The notes under the pieces are model-generated. The model made no database searches. It was not told the origin of the DNA and saw only the letters and a program-made list of their open reading frames with translations. This document shows positions 1-8,348 of a stretch of DNA of 27,108 nucleotides, piece by piece; position 1 is the stretch's first letter, and each line of letters starts with the position of its first letter. Origin of the DNA: Candidatus Thorarchaeota archaeon. GTDB lineage: Archaea > Asgardarchaeota > Thorarchaeia > Thorarchaeales > Thorarchaeaceae. Where the stretch lies: positions 1-27,108 of the forward strand of contig JAEOUG010000159.1 of the NCBI GenBank assembly GCA_016839445.1. Reading direction: 5' to 3'. A program made the position numbers and the translations under genes.

Positions 1-36
1 AATCGACCTGTCAGCTATCTGAGGGAGTCGAATGCA

Positions 37-573
37 ATGAGGGCAGGGTATTTCCTGATGCTTGTTGTTTTGGTGACAATTGCGCCCTCACCTACGCCCA
101 GCGTGTACGAACCACTAGTAGTGCACAGCTTCACACTCGATGGATTGTCCTGGCAGTTTCATGCAGTAGCGTGTGATTCGAATGAGTTGCTGAGAGGGGC
201 CTTCGAAGCGACGAGTGATGGTAGCCTCTATCCAGGCGATGAACAGAAGTATGATGATTGGGTTCCCATCAGGATTGACTTCACAGTTCTCTCTGCACCT
301 GAGTTCGCCCTTCTTGAGGCGGGAAACTCGTCGACTCCATTCTTTGAGATGCATGATGTTTCCCAAGGATCATGGTCGCTACGGATGCCAGAGGCAGGTG
401 AGTGGTTTCTTGTCTACTTCAATCCAACAATCTATCTTGTCCAGATTGAGGGGCACACGTTGCGAACTGGATTCAGTCTCTTGGCAGCCTCGCTGTTAGT
501 ACTACTCCCTCTAGGTGCGGCCCTTGTGTTGGTAGGACTGCTCAGGAGCAGGAGGGGCCGGATGATCAGCTAA
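37..573 (+). CDS. Type I membrane protein with a beta-sandwich ectodomain, possibly GOLD/p24 (emp24)-like
   Basis: N-terminal signal peptide (MRAGYFLMLVVLVTIA), beta-rich core with IDFTVL...QGSWSLRMPEAGEWFLVYFN, C-terminal TM helix and short basic tail (RSRRGR). The family call is by eye. Confidence 0.6.
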   Translation: MRAGYFLMLVVLVTIAPSPTPSVYEPLVVHSFTLDGLSWQFHAVACDSNELLRGAFEATSDGSLYPGDEQKYDDWVPIRIDFTVLSAPEFALLEAGNSSTPFFEMHDVSQGSWSLRMPEAGEWFLVYFNPTIYLVQIEGHTLRTGFSLLAASLLVLLPLGAALVLVGLLRSRRGRMIS

Positions 574-985
574 TCTCGCTCGTGGTTGGGGCTTCCGTAG
601 GTATCAGCTCATCGACCAGCTCAACAATGGACCTGCCAAGCAGGCCTCCAAAACCTCCCAAGAGGCCTCCGATAAGACAACTGATCAATATCACGAGCCA
701 GCCGAGCCCGCTCAGTCCCAGGATACCTAGGAAGAAGTCTGCTATGACCAGCGCCTGAGCAGTAAGTGCGAGGTAGATGAACAGCACAAGCCAAGCCACA
801 AAGACGCCAACGAAGCCAACCAAGAATGCCATCTTGTGCCGGCGCACAAAGAGCGACCCAAGTACTCCTGCCATGAGCATGGTAATCCAAGCTCCGCTCA
901 GCTGAAGTGCTGCGCCGATGGCGACAGTGATTATCATCGCAGGGATAACTCCCAGCTCGGGGAATATCTCGTCTATCTTCTTCAT
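566..985 (-). CDS. Small multi-pass membrane protein, function unknown
   Basis: 139 aa, about 4 hydrophobic helices with Gly-rich GGLLGGFGGLLG. It starts 4 nt after the stop of the acylase gene at 990, suggesting co-transcription. Confidence 0.8.
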   Translation of the reverse strand: MKKIDEIFPELGVIPAMIITVAIGAALQLSGAWITMLMAGVLGSLFVRRHKMAFLVGFVGVFVAWLVLFIYLALTAQALVIADFFLGILGLSGLGWLVILISCLIGGLLGGFGGLLGRSIVELVDELIPTEAPTTSEIS

Positions 986-989
986 TCAA

Positions 990-3593
990 TCAACCCCTTG
1001 GTAGGAAGGTGATGATGCCCTCGAGGGTTTCTGCATCATCGGATGTCTTGTAGTCAATCGCATTTGCGTAGTTGTGTTCAGTCATGTAGCCGTAGTGTCC
1101 AGTCACTTCATCAAGAGTGTACCAGAGTTCGAACAAGTCGTCCCAATGCTGACTGAACATAACTTGACTCTGGCCTCCAGGATACACTGTGTAGTACTTG
1201 TGCGGGTCTCCATAGGCGACAACCATTCGCCTAGAGGGACCATGCTGGACAGTCCATCCTCCCGCAACATTCACCGTGTACCCACTTCCAGGATGTTCTC
1301 CTCCTCCGATGTAGGTCAGGCCAGCTAAGTGATCAATCCGTATCGTGTGATGAAGTCCGTAGACCCAATCGTAGGGATCAGCACTAATCTCATAGAGGCC
1401 GTTAGCTGCGCGGTGAAGTGCGCGGATGAGAATCTCGTTCACGCCTTCCACAGTTCCTTCAGTCGTATGGTCATCAATGTAGTATGCGATGGACTCATTG
1501 AGAACCCACTCGAGTATCGGAACTTGAACCACCGAATATGATACTCCTGCACTACGAACCTCGTCGAAGACCTCGTATCGCATGGCATCAAGGAGATATG
1601 TCCAGATTGTGGGCGCAATTCCCTCCACAATCATTTCGTAGTCCCACGGACTGAGCCAGCTCATCAGAACCTCTATCGTGGCGTTCCCGTCGCCATCAGC
1701 CAGCCAAGCATCCATCACGTATGGAAGCATCTTCTGCGCGGTCAGGTCCAGAACGTCAGCCTGAAGCCGCTTCATGTCTTCTGGCGTGAGATTAGTGGCA
1801 TTGCCTAGGTACGTGTGGATTCTCTCGCCACGGTAGTCTGGACTCTGCGCCCCCAGAATCGTGTAGGGATAGGTTGCAGGGTCAATCGACTTCTGATTGG
1901 CAGACTGCAGGAACCCTTGAGAGGGATTGAGAGACCGCGGATTCTTCGCATAGAGTATATTGCTAATCATCCCTACCGAGTCATTGAGGGCTCTGACGGG
2001 GAAGTGTCCTGAATAGCCCTGCCGAATCGGGAATCTTCCGGCAACAGTAATGGCAATATTGCCTTCATCATCTGCATAGATGAAGTTGTGAGGTGGCGAA
2101 TCCCACCAGTACATGGCATCGAAGTAGTCATCCAGGTTGTTTGCACGATTGAGCATGCCCAATGTCATGATTTCGTGCGTGATGCTAATCCCAGTCCAGT
2201 TCATGGCTATGTTGGGATACGTTTCCTCTTCATCCAAGCCGTAAGTACTCATTTCCGAGTCGATGCAGGGACCGTGTACTGACCAGCTCACATTGAAGTC
2301 GACAGTAGCACCTCCCTTGACCTTGATTGGCTCTTGCCGAACAACGAAGTCCCTCCACTCACCATTGTAGAGATAGCGACTATGGTTTGTTGGGTCAAGC
2401 TCTTCAACGAAGATATCTAGGACATCTGCCCCAACATTCGTCATTCCCCACGAGATGTGCTCTGTATGCCCGATTAGTATTCCCGGCGTTCCTGGAAGAC
2501 TGCCACCTTGTACATTCAATGGTTCACCTTCATCAAGGACCACGATGTGAACCTCGTACCATAGCGACGGAGCCTGCAGACCAAGATGAGGATCGTTTGC
2601 CAGAATGGCCTCACCGCTCGCAGTCTTGCTCCCATCTACAGCCCAGCTGTTGCTGCCTAGTACGTCCATATCTCCGAGCAGATTGATCGCGTTGGAAGTG
2701 AATTCAAGAACCCTATCGATTTCTTCAGCCGAGATCAGACCGGTCGGCTCTTCATCACTGGGATTGACAGGCGCAGGTGGGTGGAGCATTCCGGGGTAGC
2801 CACCAGGTGCATCGGGATACTCTCCAAGACTGAGGTTGTACTGCTCTGGGATGATTGGAATCGTGTTAGGGTACACTTCCGGGAACATGTCTGAATAGAG
2901 TGAACTGTCGTTCAGTTCCATGCGAATGAACTCGTTTCGTAGGTCTCTAACGCCACCGGAGAGACCCCAAGTCATATACTTCGCCCAGATGAATGAGTCA
3001 ACTGGAGTGAAGTGTTGTGGCGTGAATCCAAGAATCTTGAACTCGATTGGTGTTGTCTCAGACGTCATTCTATCAATGAAGGCGTTCATACCCGCAACAT
3101 GAGCATAGACACATCGCAGCGTGAAGTTGACGTCTGGGTTCGTCGCTGCGTTTTGAACATACCATTGATAGGTCTCTTCGGCAGACTTCGCAAGGCCGAT
3201 AGCACGTTGGTATTTGTCTGAGTCTATACCCCTAGAACCAACGACTTCGCTGATCCTGCCTGCGGCAAGATAGGTCTGCATAACTACCTGAAACAAACGG
3301 TCCTTTGCGTGCATGTACCCCAGGGCAGTAAAAGCGTCCTCCGTGGTGTTGGCGTAGATATGCGGTACACCCCACTCATCAATAAGCACCTCGGCGCCGC
3401 TGACCACACTTGGAAGTCTGACAACATCGACGCCCACGGGTCCGATTCCTCTCCCGACATCAAAGATGCCGCCGAAAGGCTGGATAATGCCCAGCCCTCC
3501 TGCAAGAGGACCAATAGGAACAGTGAGAATCACTATGAGAGCCGCTGGGCCTATCAGCGACAGCACAACATTCAGAGACTTCTTCGCAAGCAA
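990..3593 (-). CDS. Penicillin acylase family protein (Ntn-hydrolase, peptidase S45), paralog 1, N-terminally membrane-anchored
   Basis: Motifs DEWGVPHIYA, GYMHAKDRLFQ, catalytic G|SNSWAV (2643-2654), ANDPHL, SANQK, PGGQS. Start moved from 3650 to TTG 3593, which follows AAGGAGG at 3601-3607. Confidence 0.93.
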   Translation of the reverse strand: MLAKKSLNVVLSLIGPAALIVILTVPIGPLAGGLGIIQPFGGIFDVGRGIGPVGVDVVRLPSVVSGAEVLIDEWGVPHIYANTTEDAFTALGYMHAKDRLFQVVMQTYLAAGRISEVVGSRGIDSDKYQRAIGLAKSAEETYQWYVQNAATNPDVNFTLRCVYAHVAGMNAFIDRMTSETTPIEFKILGFTPQHFTPVDSFIWAKYMTWGLSGGVRDLRNEFIRMELNDSSLYSDMFPEVYPNTIPIIPEQYNLSLGEYPDAPGGYPGMLHPPAPVNPSDEEPTGLISAEEIDRVLEFTSNAINLLGDMDVLGSNSWAVDGSKTASGEAILANDPHLGLQAPSLWYEVHIVVLDEGEPLNVQGGSLPGTPGILIGHTEHISWGMTNVGADVLDIFVEELDPTNHSRYLYNGEWRDFVVRQEPIKVKGGATVDFNVSWSVHGPCIDSEMSTYGLDEEETYPNIAMNWTGISITHEIMTLGMLNRANNLDDYFDAMYWWDSPPHNFIYADDEGNIAITVAGRFPIRQGYSGHFPVRALNDSVGMISNILYAKNPRSLNPSQGFLQSANQKSIDPATYPYTILGAQSPDYRGERIHTYLGNATNLTPEDMKRLQADVLDLTAQKMLPYVMDAWLADGDGNATIEVLMSWLSPWDYEMIVEGIAPTIWTYLLDAMRYEVFDEVRSAGVSYSVVQVPILEWVLNESIAYYIDDHTTEGTVEGVNEILIRALHRAANGLYEISADPYDWVYGLHHTIRIDHLAGLTYIGGGEHPGSGYTVNVAGGWTVQHGPSRRMVVAYGDPHKYYTVYPGGQSQVMFSQHWDDLFELWYTLDEVTGHYGYMTEHNYANAIDYKTSDDAETLEGIITFLPRG

Positions 3594-3637
3594 CAGAAAC
3601 CCTCCTTGAGCATAATCGCGAACAATACGCAAAGGAA

Positions 3638-3646
3638 CACTTAAGC
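3638..3646 (-). promoter_or_regulatory. Putative TATA-like box for acylase paralog 1
   Basis: CACTTAAGC (+ strand) about 45 nt upstream of the start; the same 9-mer precedes paralog 2. Confidence 0.5.
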
Positions 3647-3653
3647 CCACCCC

Positions 3654-6278
3654 TTAGAAGACTGGAAGCGGGCTGAGTGTTATCTTCCGCTCAATGACCC
3701 CGCTTTCTTCTCCAGATACGAAGGAACTCACGCTATTGTAGACGTAGAGCTCGTGATATCCAAAGTGCATGGATGTCTCGTTATAGGAGAAGTACAACTG
3801 AAAGAGGTCGTCGAAGTGTACGCTGAAGGGATTCCCGCTCTGTCCTCCCGCTATCACCCACCGAGAGTTGCTTGTCGTTCCGAGATCAATGACAGAGCGA
3901 TAGACAGGCCCTGTGGACATCTCCCAGCCATGAGAAGGAAAGAGGGTGTGTTGGCCTCTGATTCCCCCACCGTTTATGGTCGTGAGTCCGGCCATATGTT
4001 CGATGTTTAGAGTATGATGCAGGCCGTAGAGCCAGTTGAGTTGGTCCGCGCCATAGAGATTATAGATCTCATTTACTGCGGCGTGTAGCGCATGTACAAG
4101 AATCTCATCACGGGACTCAGTGATACCTGATGTCGAGTTGTCGTCAAAATACTCCGACGTGCCGTTTAGAATCAGCTCCTCGATGATGGGAGACCTCGGG
4201 TAGATACTTGACGGCATAGCCACAGTCGTGTAGACCGAACCATCCGCCATGTCTTCGAGGAACCTCAGTTCGTCGAAGATCTCGTACCTGATCTTCTCGT
4301 ACAAGTGCATCCAGATTGTCGGCGCTTTCATATCGGTCGCCATTTCGTAGTTCCATGTCCGGAGCAGGTCCACGACTTGACCCACAGTCTCATTCGTGCC
4401 AACCATTGGATCCCAAGCGGAAACCACTACGGGTACTATACTTCGAGCTCTGATTTCGATTGCGTCAGCCTGGAATCGCATAAGGTCCTCCATACTGATG
4501 CTACCATCGGCAGCCAGAAGTTCGTCTATTCGCCTTGATCGGTAGCCATCCGCAAACGGCCCAAGAAGTGTATAGTTGTAGGAACTAGGGTCGATGGGTC
4601 TCTGATTGGTTGAAGTCACATAGCCTCTAGATGGATTGATTTCTCTAGGAAGGTGCGCATAGGGTACGTTGCTCACCATGCCCACCGAGTCATTGACAGC
4701 TGTCACAGGATAGAGGCCAGAATAGCCGCTTCGGATTGGAATCCTTCCACAGACGGTCATCGCTACATTCCCATCGTCATCAGCAAAGGCGAAGTTGAAG
4801 GGGGGATTGTCCCACCAGTAGATGGCGTCGAGGAACTCCTCCATGCTCGTGGCCTTGTCGAACTGCGTTGCAGCGATAATGAGATGGCTGACCCCGCTGC
4901 CTGTCCAGTTCATTGCGATATTAGGAGGAGCTTGAAGGTCACCGCCAGCCTCAAGGACAACTCCGTCAATCAGAGGTCCATGTACGGATAGTCGGACTTG
5001 GAAGGGGATATCTGCTCCCTCCTTGGTGTGAATTGTTTCGTCTATAACATCGAAAGCACGGTACTCCCCGTTATACAGATACTCGCTGTCATTCTCAGGA
5101 TTCAGGCTTTCGACGAAGATGTCAAGGACGTCGGTACCCACGTTAGTGAAGCCCCAAGCAATGTGGTCATTGAAGCCAGATTCAATCGAGGGCATCCCTG
5201 GAAGCGTCACTCCGTATACGTTCATCTCAGGCACACAGATGTGAGCCTCATAGACGAGATTAGGCGCCGTCAACGGCATGTGTGCGTCATTACAGAGCAT
5301 TGGGAAGCCAGTTTCAGTACGAAGCCCTGAAACAGCCCAGTTGTTACTGCCAAAGGTTTCTTTGAGCCCTAGGGGATCAACCTGACCAACAATCTCCCAG
5401 ATGAGAGACTCAAGTTTCTGTCTGTCAATCTCAGCAGGCCTCTCATCTTTCAAGATAAGAGGGCCCACGCTTGGGGCCGGATATCCTCCTGGCGCACCAT
5501 CATAGTCCGACTCATTCAGATTCGTCTGTTCTGAGATCGTGTAGCTAACGTATGGCATCTCGTCAGGGTACAAAGCTTCGTACATCGTGTCGTTGTCTAT
5601 AGATTCTCGCAGCCATAGTCTCTCAAGATCAGTGAATTCGCCCGTCAATCCCCATGTGATGAAAGATGCACCCAAGAACATGTCAGTCTTGGTCCAGTGG
5701 GCAGGTTTGATGCCCAAGAGCTTGAATTCTATTGGAGTCGTTTCGCTTGTCATTGTGTCGATGAAATGGTTGATGCCAGTCACTTGGGCCTCCATGAGGC
5801 GCAGAGCGTAGTCGACTTCATGAATGGTGAGGCGATGCTCGTTGAACCAAACCAGACTTGCCTCGGCCGCTCGCTTCAGGCCAATGGTCCGGTAAAGCTT
5901 GTCAGAGCTATTCGCGTATCCGCCTACAAGCTCGCTTATCCTTCCTGATGCGAGGTAGTTCTGAATAACCATCTGGAAAAGCCTGTCACGAGCGTGCATA
6001 TAACCAAGCCCAACATAGGCGTCCTCTGCGCTCAGGGCGTAGATGTGCGGCACGCCGAACTGGTCGATCAGAATCTGGACATTGTTCTGTACGCCATGAA
6101 GTGAGATTGTCTGTTCGTGTGGTTCGTTGAGACCGCGTCCTGTGTCGAAAATGCCCCCCCAAGGGGAAAGAATCTGCAATCCACCACTCAGAGGACCTAG
6201 AGGCATGGTTAGTATGACAACAAGGACAGCAGGACCAATGAACGATGCGCCCAAGTTCAGGATCTTTCGTTTCAACAA
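3654..6278 (-). CDS. Penicillin acylase family protein (Ntn-hydrolase, peptidase S45), paralog 2
   Basis: Motifs DQFGVPHIYA, GYMHARDRLFQM, G|SNNWAV (5337-5348), CNDAHM, GGQSGNPFSVHFDD. Start moved from 6440 (which overlaps the divergent gene) to TTG 6278 after GGAGGT; the N-terminus then aligns with paralog 1. Confidence 0.93.
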   Translation of the reverse strand: MLKRKILNLGASFIGPAVLVVILTMPLGPLSGGLQILSPWGGIFDTGRGLNEPHEQTISLHGVQNNVQILIDQFGVPHIYALSAEDAYVGLGYMHARDRLFQMVIQNYLASGRISELVGGYANSSDKLYRTIGLKRAAEASLVWFNEHRLTIHEVDYALRLMEAQVTGINHFIDTMTSETTPIEFKLLGIKPAHWTKTDMFLGASFITWGLTGEFTDLERLWLRESIDNDTMYEALYPDEMPYVSYTISEQTNLNESDYDGAPGGYPAPSVGPLILKDERPAEIDRQKLESLIWEIVGQVDPLGLKETFGSNNWAVSGLRTETGFPMLCNDAHMPLTAPNLVYEAHICVPEMNVYGVTLPGMPSIESGFNDHIAWGFTNVGTDVLDIFVESLNPENDSEYLYNGEYRAFDVIDETIHTKEGADIPFQVRLSVHGPLIDGVVLEAGGDLQAPPNIAMNWTGSGVSHLIIAATQFDKATSMEEFLDAIYWWDNPPFNFAFADDDGNVAMTVCGRIPIRSGYSGLYPVTAVNDSVGMVSNVPYAHLPREINPSRGYVTSTNQRPIDPSSYNYTLLGPFADGYRSRRIDELLAADGSISMEDLMRFQADAIEIRARSIVPVVVSAWDPMVGTNETVGQVVDLLRTWNYEMATDMKAPTIWMHLYEKIRYEIFDELRFLEDMADGSVYTTVAMPSSIYPRSPIIEELILNGTSEYFDDNSTSGITESRDEILVHALHAAVNEIYNLYGADQLNWLYGLHHTLNIEHMAGLTTINGGGIRGQHTLFPSHGWEMSTGPVYRSVIDLGTTSNSRWVIAGGQSGNPFSVHFDDLFQLYFSYNETSMHFGYHELYVYNSVSSFVSGEESGVIERKITLSPLPVF

Positions 6279-6318
6279 CCTCGTGACCTCCAGTTGAACG
6301 CACAGATGGTAGAACGGC

Positions 6319-6327
6319 CACTTAAGC
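6319..6327 (-). promoter_or_regulatory. Putative TATA-like box for acylase paralog 2
   Basis: CACTTAAGC (+ strand) about 41 nt upstream of TTG 6278. Confidence 0.5.
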
Positions 6328-6421
6328 ATTCGGAGATTCAGACTAGGGGGTGTTTCAGATTCGTTTCTTTGGCAAGCTTTTTCTGTGAGATGCACAGCCG
6401 TTAGATGGGTTGTGAACAACC

Positions 6422-7468
6422 ATGGTAAAGACCGAGTCATTTCGCGGCAGGGACTTCATCACTCTGCTAGACTATTCCAAAGAAGAGATCGAAACCATGC
6501 TTGAGGTTGCTCTTGACTTGAAGCGCAGGTTTGCCACTGGAGAACCACACAAGCTTCTGGATGCCAAGACCCTCTTCATGATCTTCTACAATCAGAGTCT
6601 GAGAACACGAAACAGCTTCGAGGCGGGTATGACACAGCTCGGCGGACATGCACACTTCCTCGATCCGGGCAAGATATACGCACCGGCCCTTGAGGGAGAT
6701 GAGAAGGCCTATTCCACAGAACGCGTTTCCGATGTAGCACGTGTTCTGGCCAGAATGGGCCACGGCATAGCCATCAGGTGCTACGGTGACCCAGTCGGCT
6801 GGATATACGGCCGCGCCAACGAGGTCATCAACAACTTCGCCTACTGGAGCCACATTCCTGTCATCAATATGGAAGATGACAAGTACCATCCATGTCAGGG
6901 TCTGGCCGACATCATGACGGTGAAGGAGAAGTTCGGGACCTTCAAGGGAGTCAAGTTCGTCATGAGCTGGGCATATTCACCTTCTGTCCACAAGCCTCTG
7001 GCAGTTCCTCAGAGCGCTGTGATCGCCGCGACTAAGATGGGCTGCGAAACCGTTCTGGCTCATCCAAAGGGCATGGAGCTCGACGATGAGGTAATCAAGC
7101 AGTGCAAGCTCTACGCAGAGGAGAACGAGTCATCCTTCGACATCGTCTACGATATGGATGAAGCCTTTGAAGGGGCTCATGTTGTCTATCCAAAGGCTTG
7201 GACCTGCAGAGACTTCATTCCGCCATGGAACAGCAAGCCAGAGCTAGAGAAGTCCCAAGAGGTCTTCGACAAGAACAAGCACTGGATCTGTGATGACGAG
7301 AAGATGAAGATTGCAGGGCCCAAGGCCAAGTACATGCATTGCCTACCCTGCGATAGAGGCTTTGAGGTCACCAACAGCGTGATAGATGGCCCACAGTCTA
7401 TCGCCTTCGACCAAGCCGAGAACAGACTGCATGCACAGAAGGCAGTCATGGCACTGACAATGAGATAG
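6422..7468 (+). CDS. Ornithine/aspartate carbamoyltransferase superfamily enzyme, knotted YgeW/ArgF'-like type
   Basis: Carbamoyl-phosphate motif QSLRTRNSF, HPCQGLAD, MHCLP, FDQAENRLHAQKA. SWAYSPSVHKPLAVPQS resembles the Pro-rich loop of knotted transcarbamylases; the canonical OTC DxxxSMG is absent (YPKAW instead). Confidence 0.9.
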   Translation: MVKTESFRGRDFITLLDYSKEEIETMLEVALDLKRRFATGEPHKLLDAKTLFMIFYNQSLRTRNSFEAGMTQLGGHAHFLDPGKIYAPALEGDEKAYSTERVSDVARVLARMGHGIAIRCYGDPVGWIYGRANEVINNFAYWSHIPVINMEDDKYHPCQGLADIMTVKEKFGTFKGVKFVMSWAYSPSVHKPLAVPQSAVIAATKMGCETVLAHPKGMELDDEVIKQCKLYAEENESSFDIVYDMDEAFEGAHVVYPKAWTCRDFIPPWNSKPELEKSQEVFDKNKHWICDDEKMKIAGPKAKYMHCLPCDRGFEVTNSVIDGPQSIAFDQAENRLHAQKAVMALTMR

Positions 7469-7501
7469 CTCACCCAGGTGAGCTATCCTCCGTCCTTTTT
7501 T
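7464..7501 (+). terminator. Hairpin plus T-tract, putative terminator
   Basis: Perfect inverted repeat GATAGCTCACC-ca-GGTGAGCTATC (7464-7487) overlapping the stop codon, followed by CTCCGTCC and TTTTTT. Confidence 0.65.
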
Positions 7502-7587
7502 GGGGACGTCTAAGCGCCAGCTCGAGAAACTGCAGACCAAGCGGAAACGCTTTTGTGGGTCGACCCATACTCTCAGAGGGCAGAGGC

Positions 7588-8250
7588 ATGTTACTGGACG
7601 AGATTGAGGGAGAGGTGTTTCGGGTCTTAACCCTTGGACACTTCCTCCGCGAGTACTTCGACTTCCATTGGCACAAAGTTGTCCCTTGCTCACTCTGCAA
7701 GAAGAAGAAGGAGGAAATCATTGTTCCGCGGTTCACTGTCCTCAAGGTATCAAACATGATCCGCAGGAGCCCGGACGAAAAGGTCAAGGAACCAACTCCA
7801 AGTGAATCAGGAGAGAAGACTCTCTCTCTGGGAGTGCCGATATTCTACCTCAACAACCAATGGATGTGTATGGACTGCATTCTCAAACACGTGGAGAAGC
7901 ATGCGTATCCTCAGCGCCATAGGTACCCGACCAAACCTGAAAAGATCCATCAGAATCTAGCAATATTGAGAAGCGGAAATCTCCCTCCAAAGGAGCCACC
8001 AAGGTACCTTCTAGAGAAGACTGAAGTAAGGACTTGGTCAGATAGAAGAAGGGGCTTTGCCGACTCCGCGAAGCGGCATCTCGAGCTGTTTCTTGAACAT
8101 TATTACGGTAAGGAGAAGGCCCGCTGTGAGCCCTGCGACTTCACCTATACCAGCGTGACGCATGATCACGCCTTCCGAATCGGGGGTCACCTGGTCTGCG
8201 TTGACTGTGTAATCGAACGGATTGATGGTATCGAACGTCACTCCGAATGA
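7588..8250 (+). CDS. Hypothetical protein with two C4 Zn-finger-like modules
   Basis: CSLC...CMDC and CEPC...CVDC. ATG 7588 preceded by GAGG is preferred over GTG 7555. Confidence 0.8.
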   Translation: MLLDEIEGEVFRVLTLGHFLREYFDFHWHKVVPCSLCKKKKEEIIVPRFTVLKVSNMIRRSPDEKVKEPTPSESGEKTLSLGVPIFYLNNQWMCMDCILKHVEKHAYPQRHRYPTKPEKIHQNLAILRSGNLPPKEPPRYLLEKTEVRTWSDRRRGFADSAKRHLELFLEHYYGKEKARCEPCDFTYTSVTHDHAFRIGGHLVCVDCVIERIDGIERHSE

Positions 8251-8348
8251 CCGACTACACGAATCCTACACGCAGCAGAGTCAAGCGTTCGTGTGGTTGA
8301 CCTCCCAATTAGCAATATATGCGGAAAGGGACCTCATGACGTAGTTGC

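Noticed and set aside
3594-3656. The two acylase ORFs are in frame, separated only by TAA
   Set aside because: TAA is not a recoded codon, and paralog 1 has its own SD, TTG start and promoter-like motif.
6279-6440. N-terminal extension of acylase paralog 2 in the ORF track
   Set aside because: It overlaps the divergent transcarbamylase start and promoter region and has no counterpart in paralog 1.
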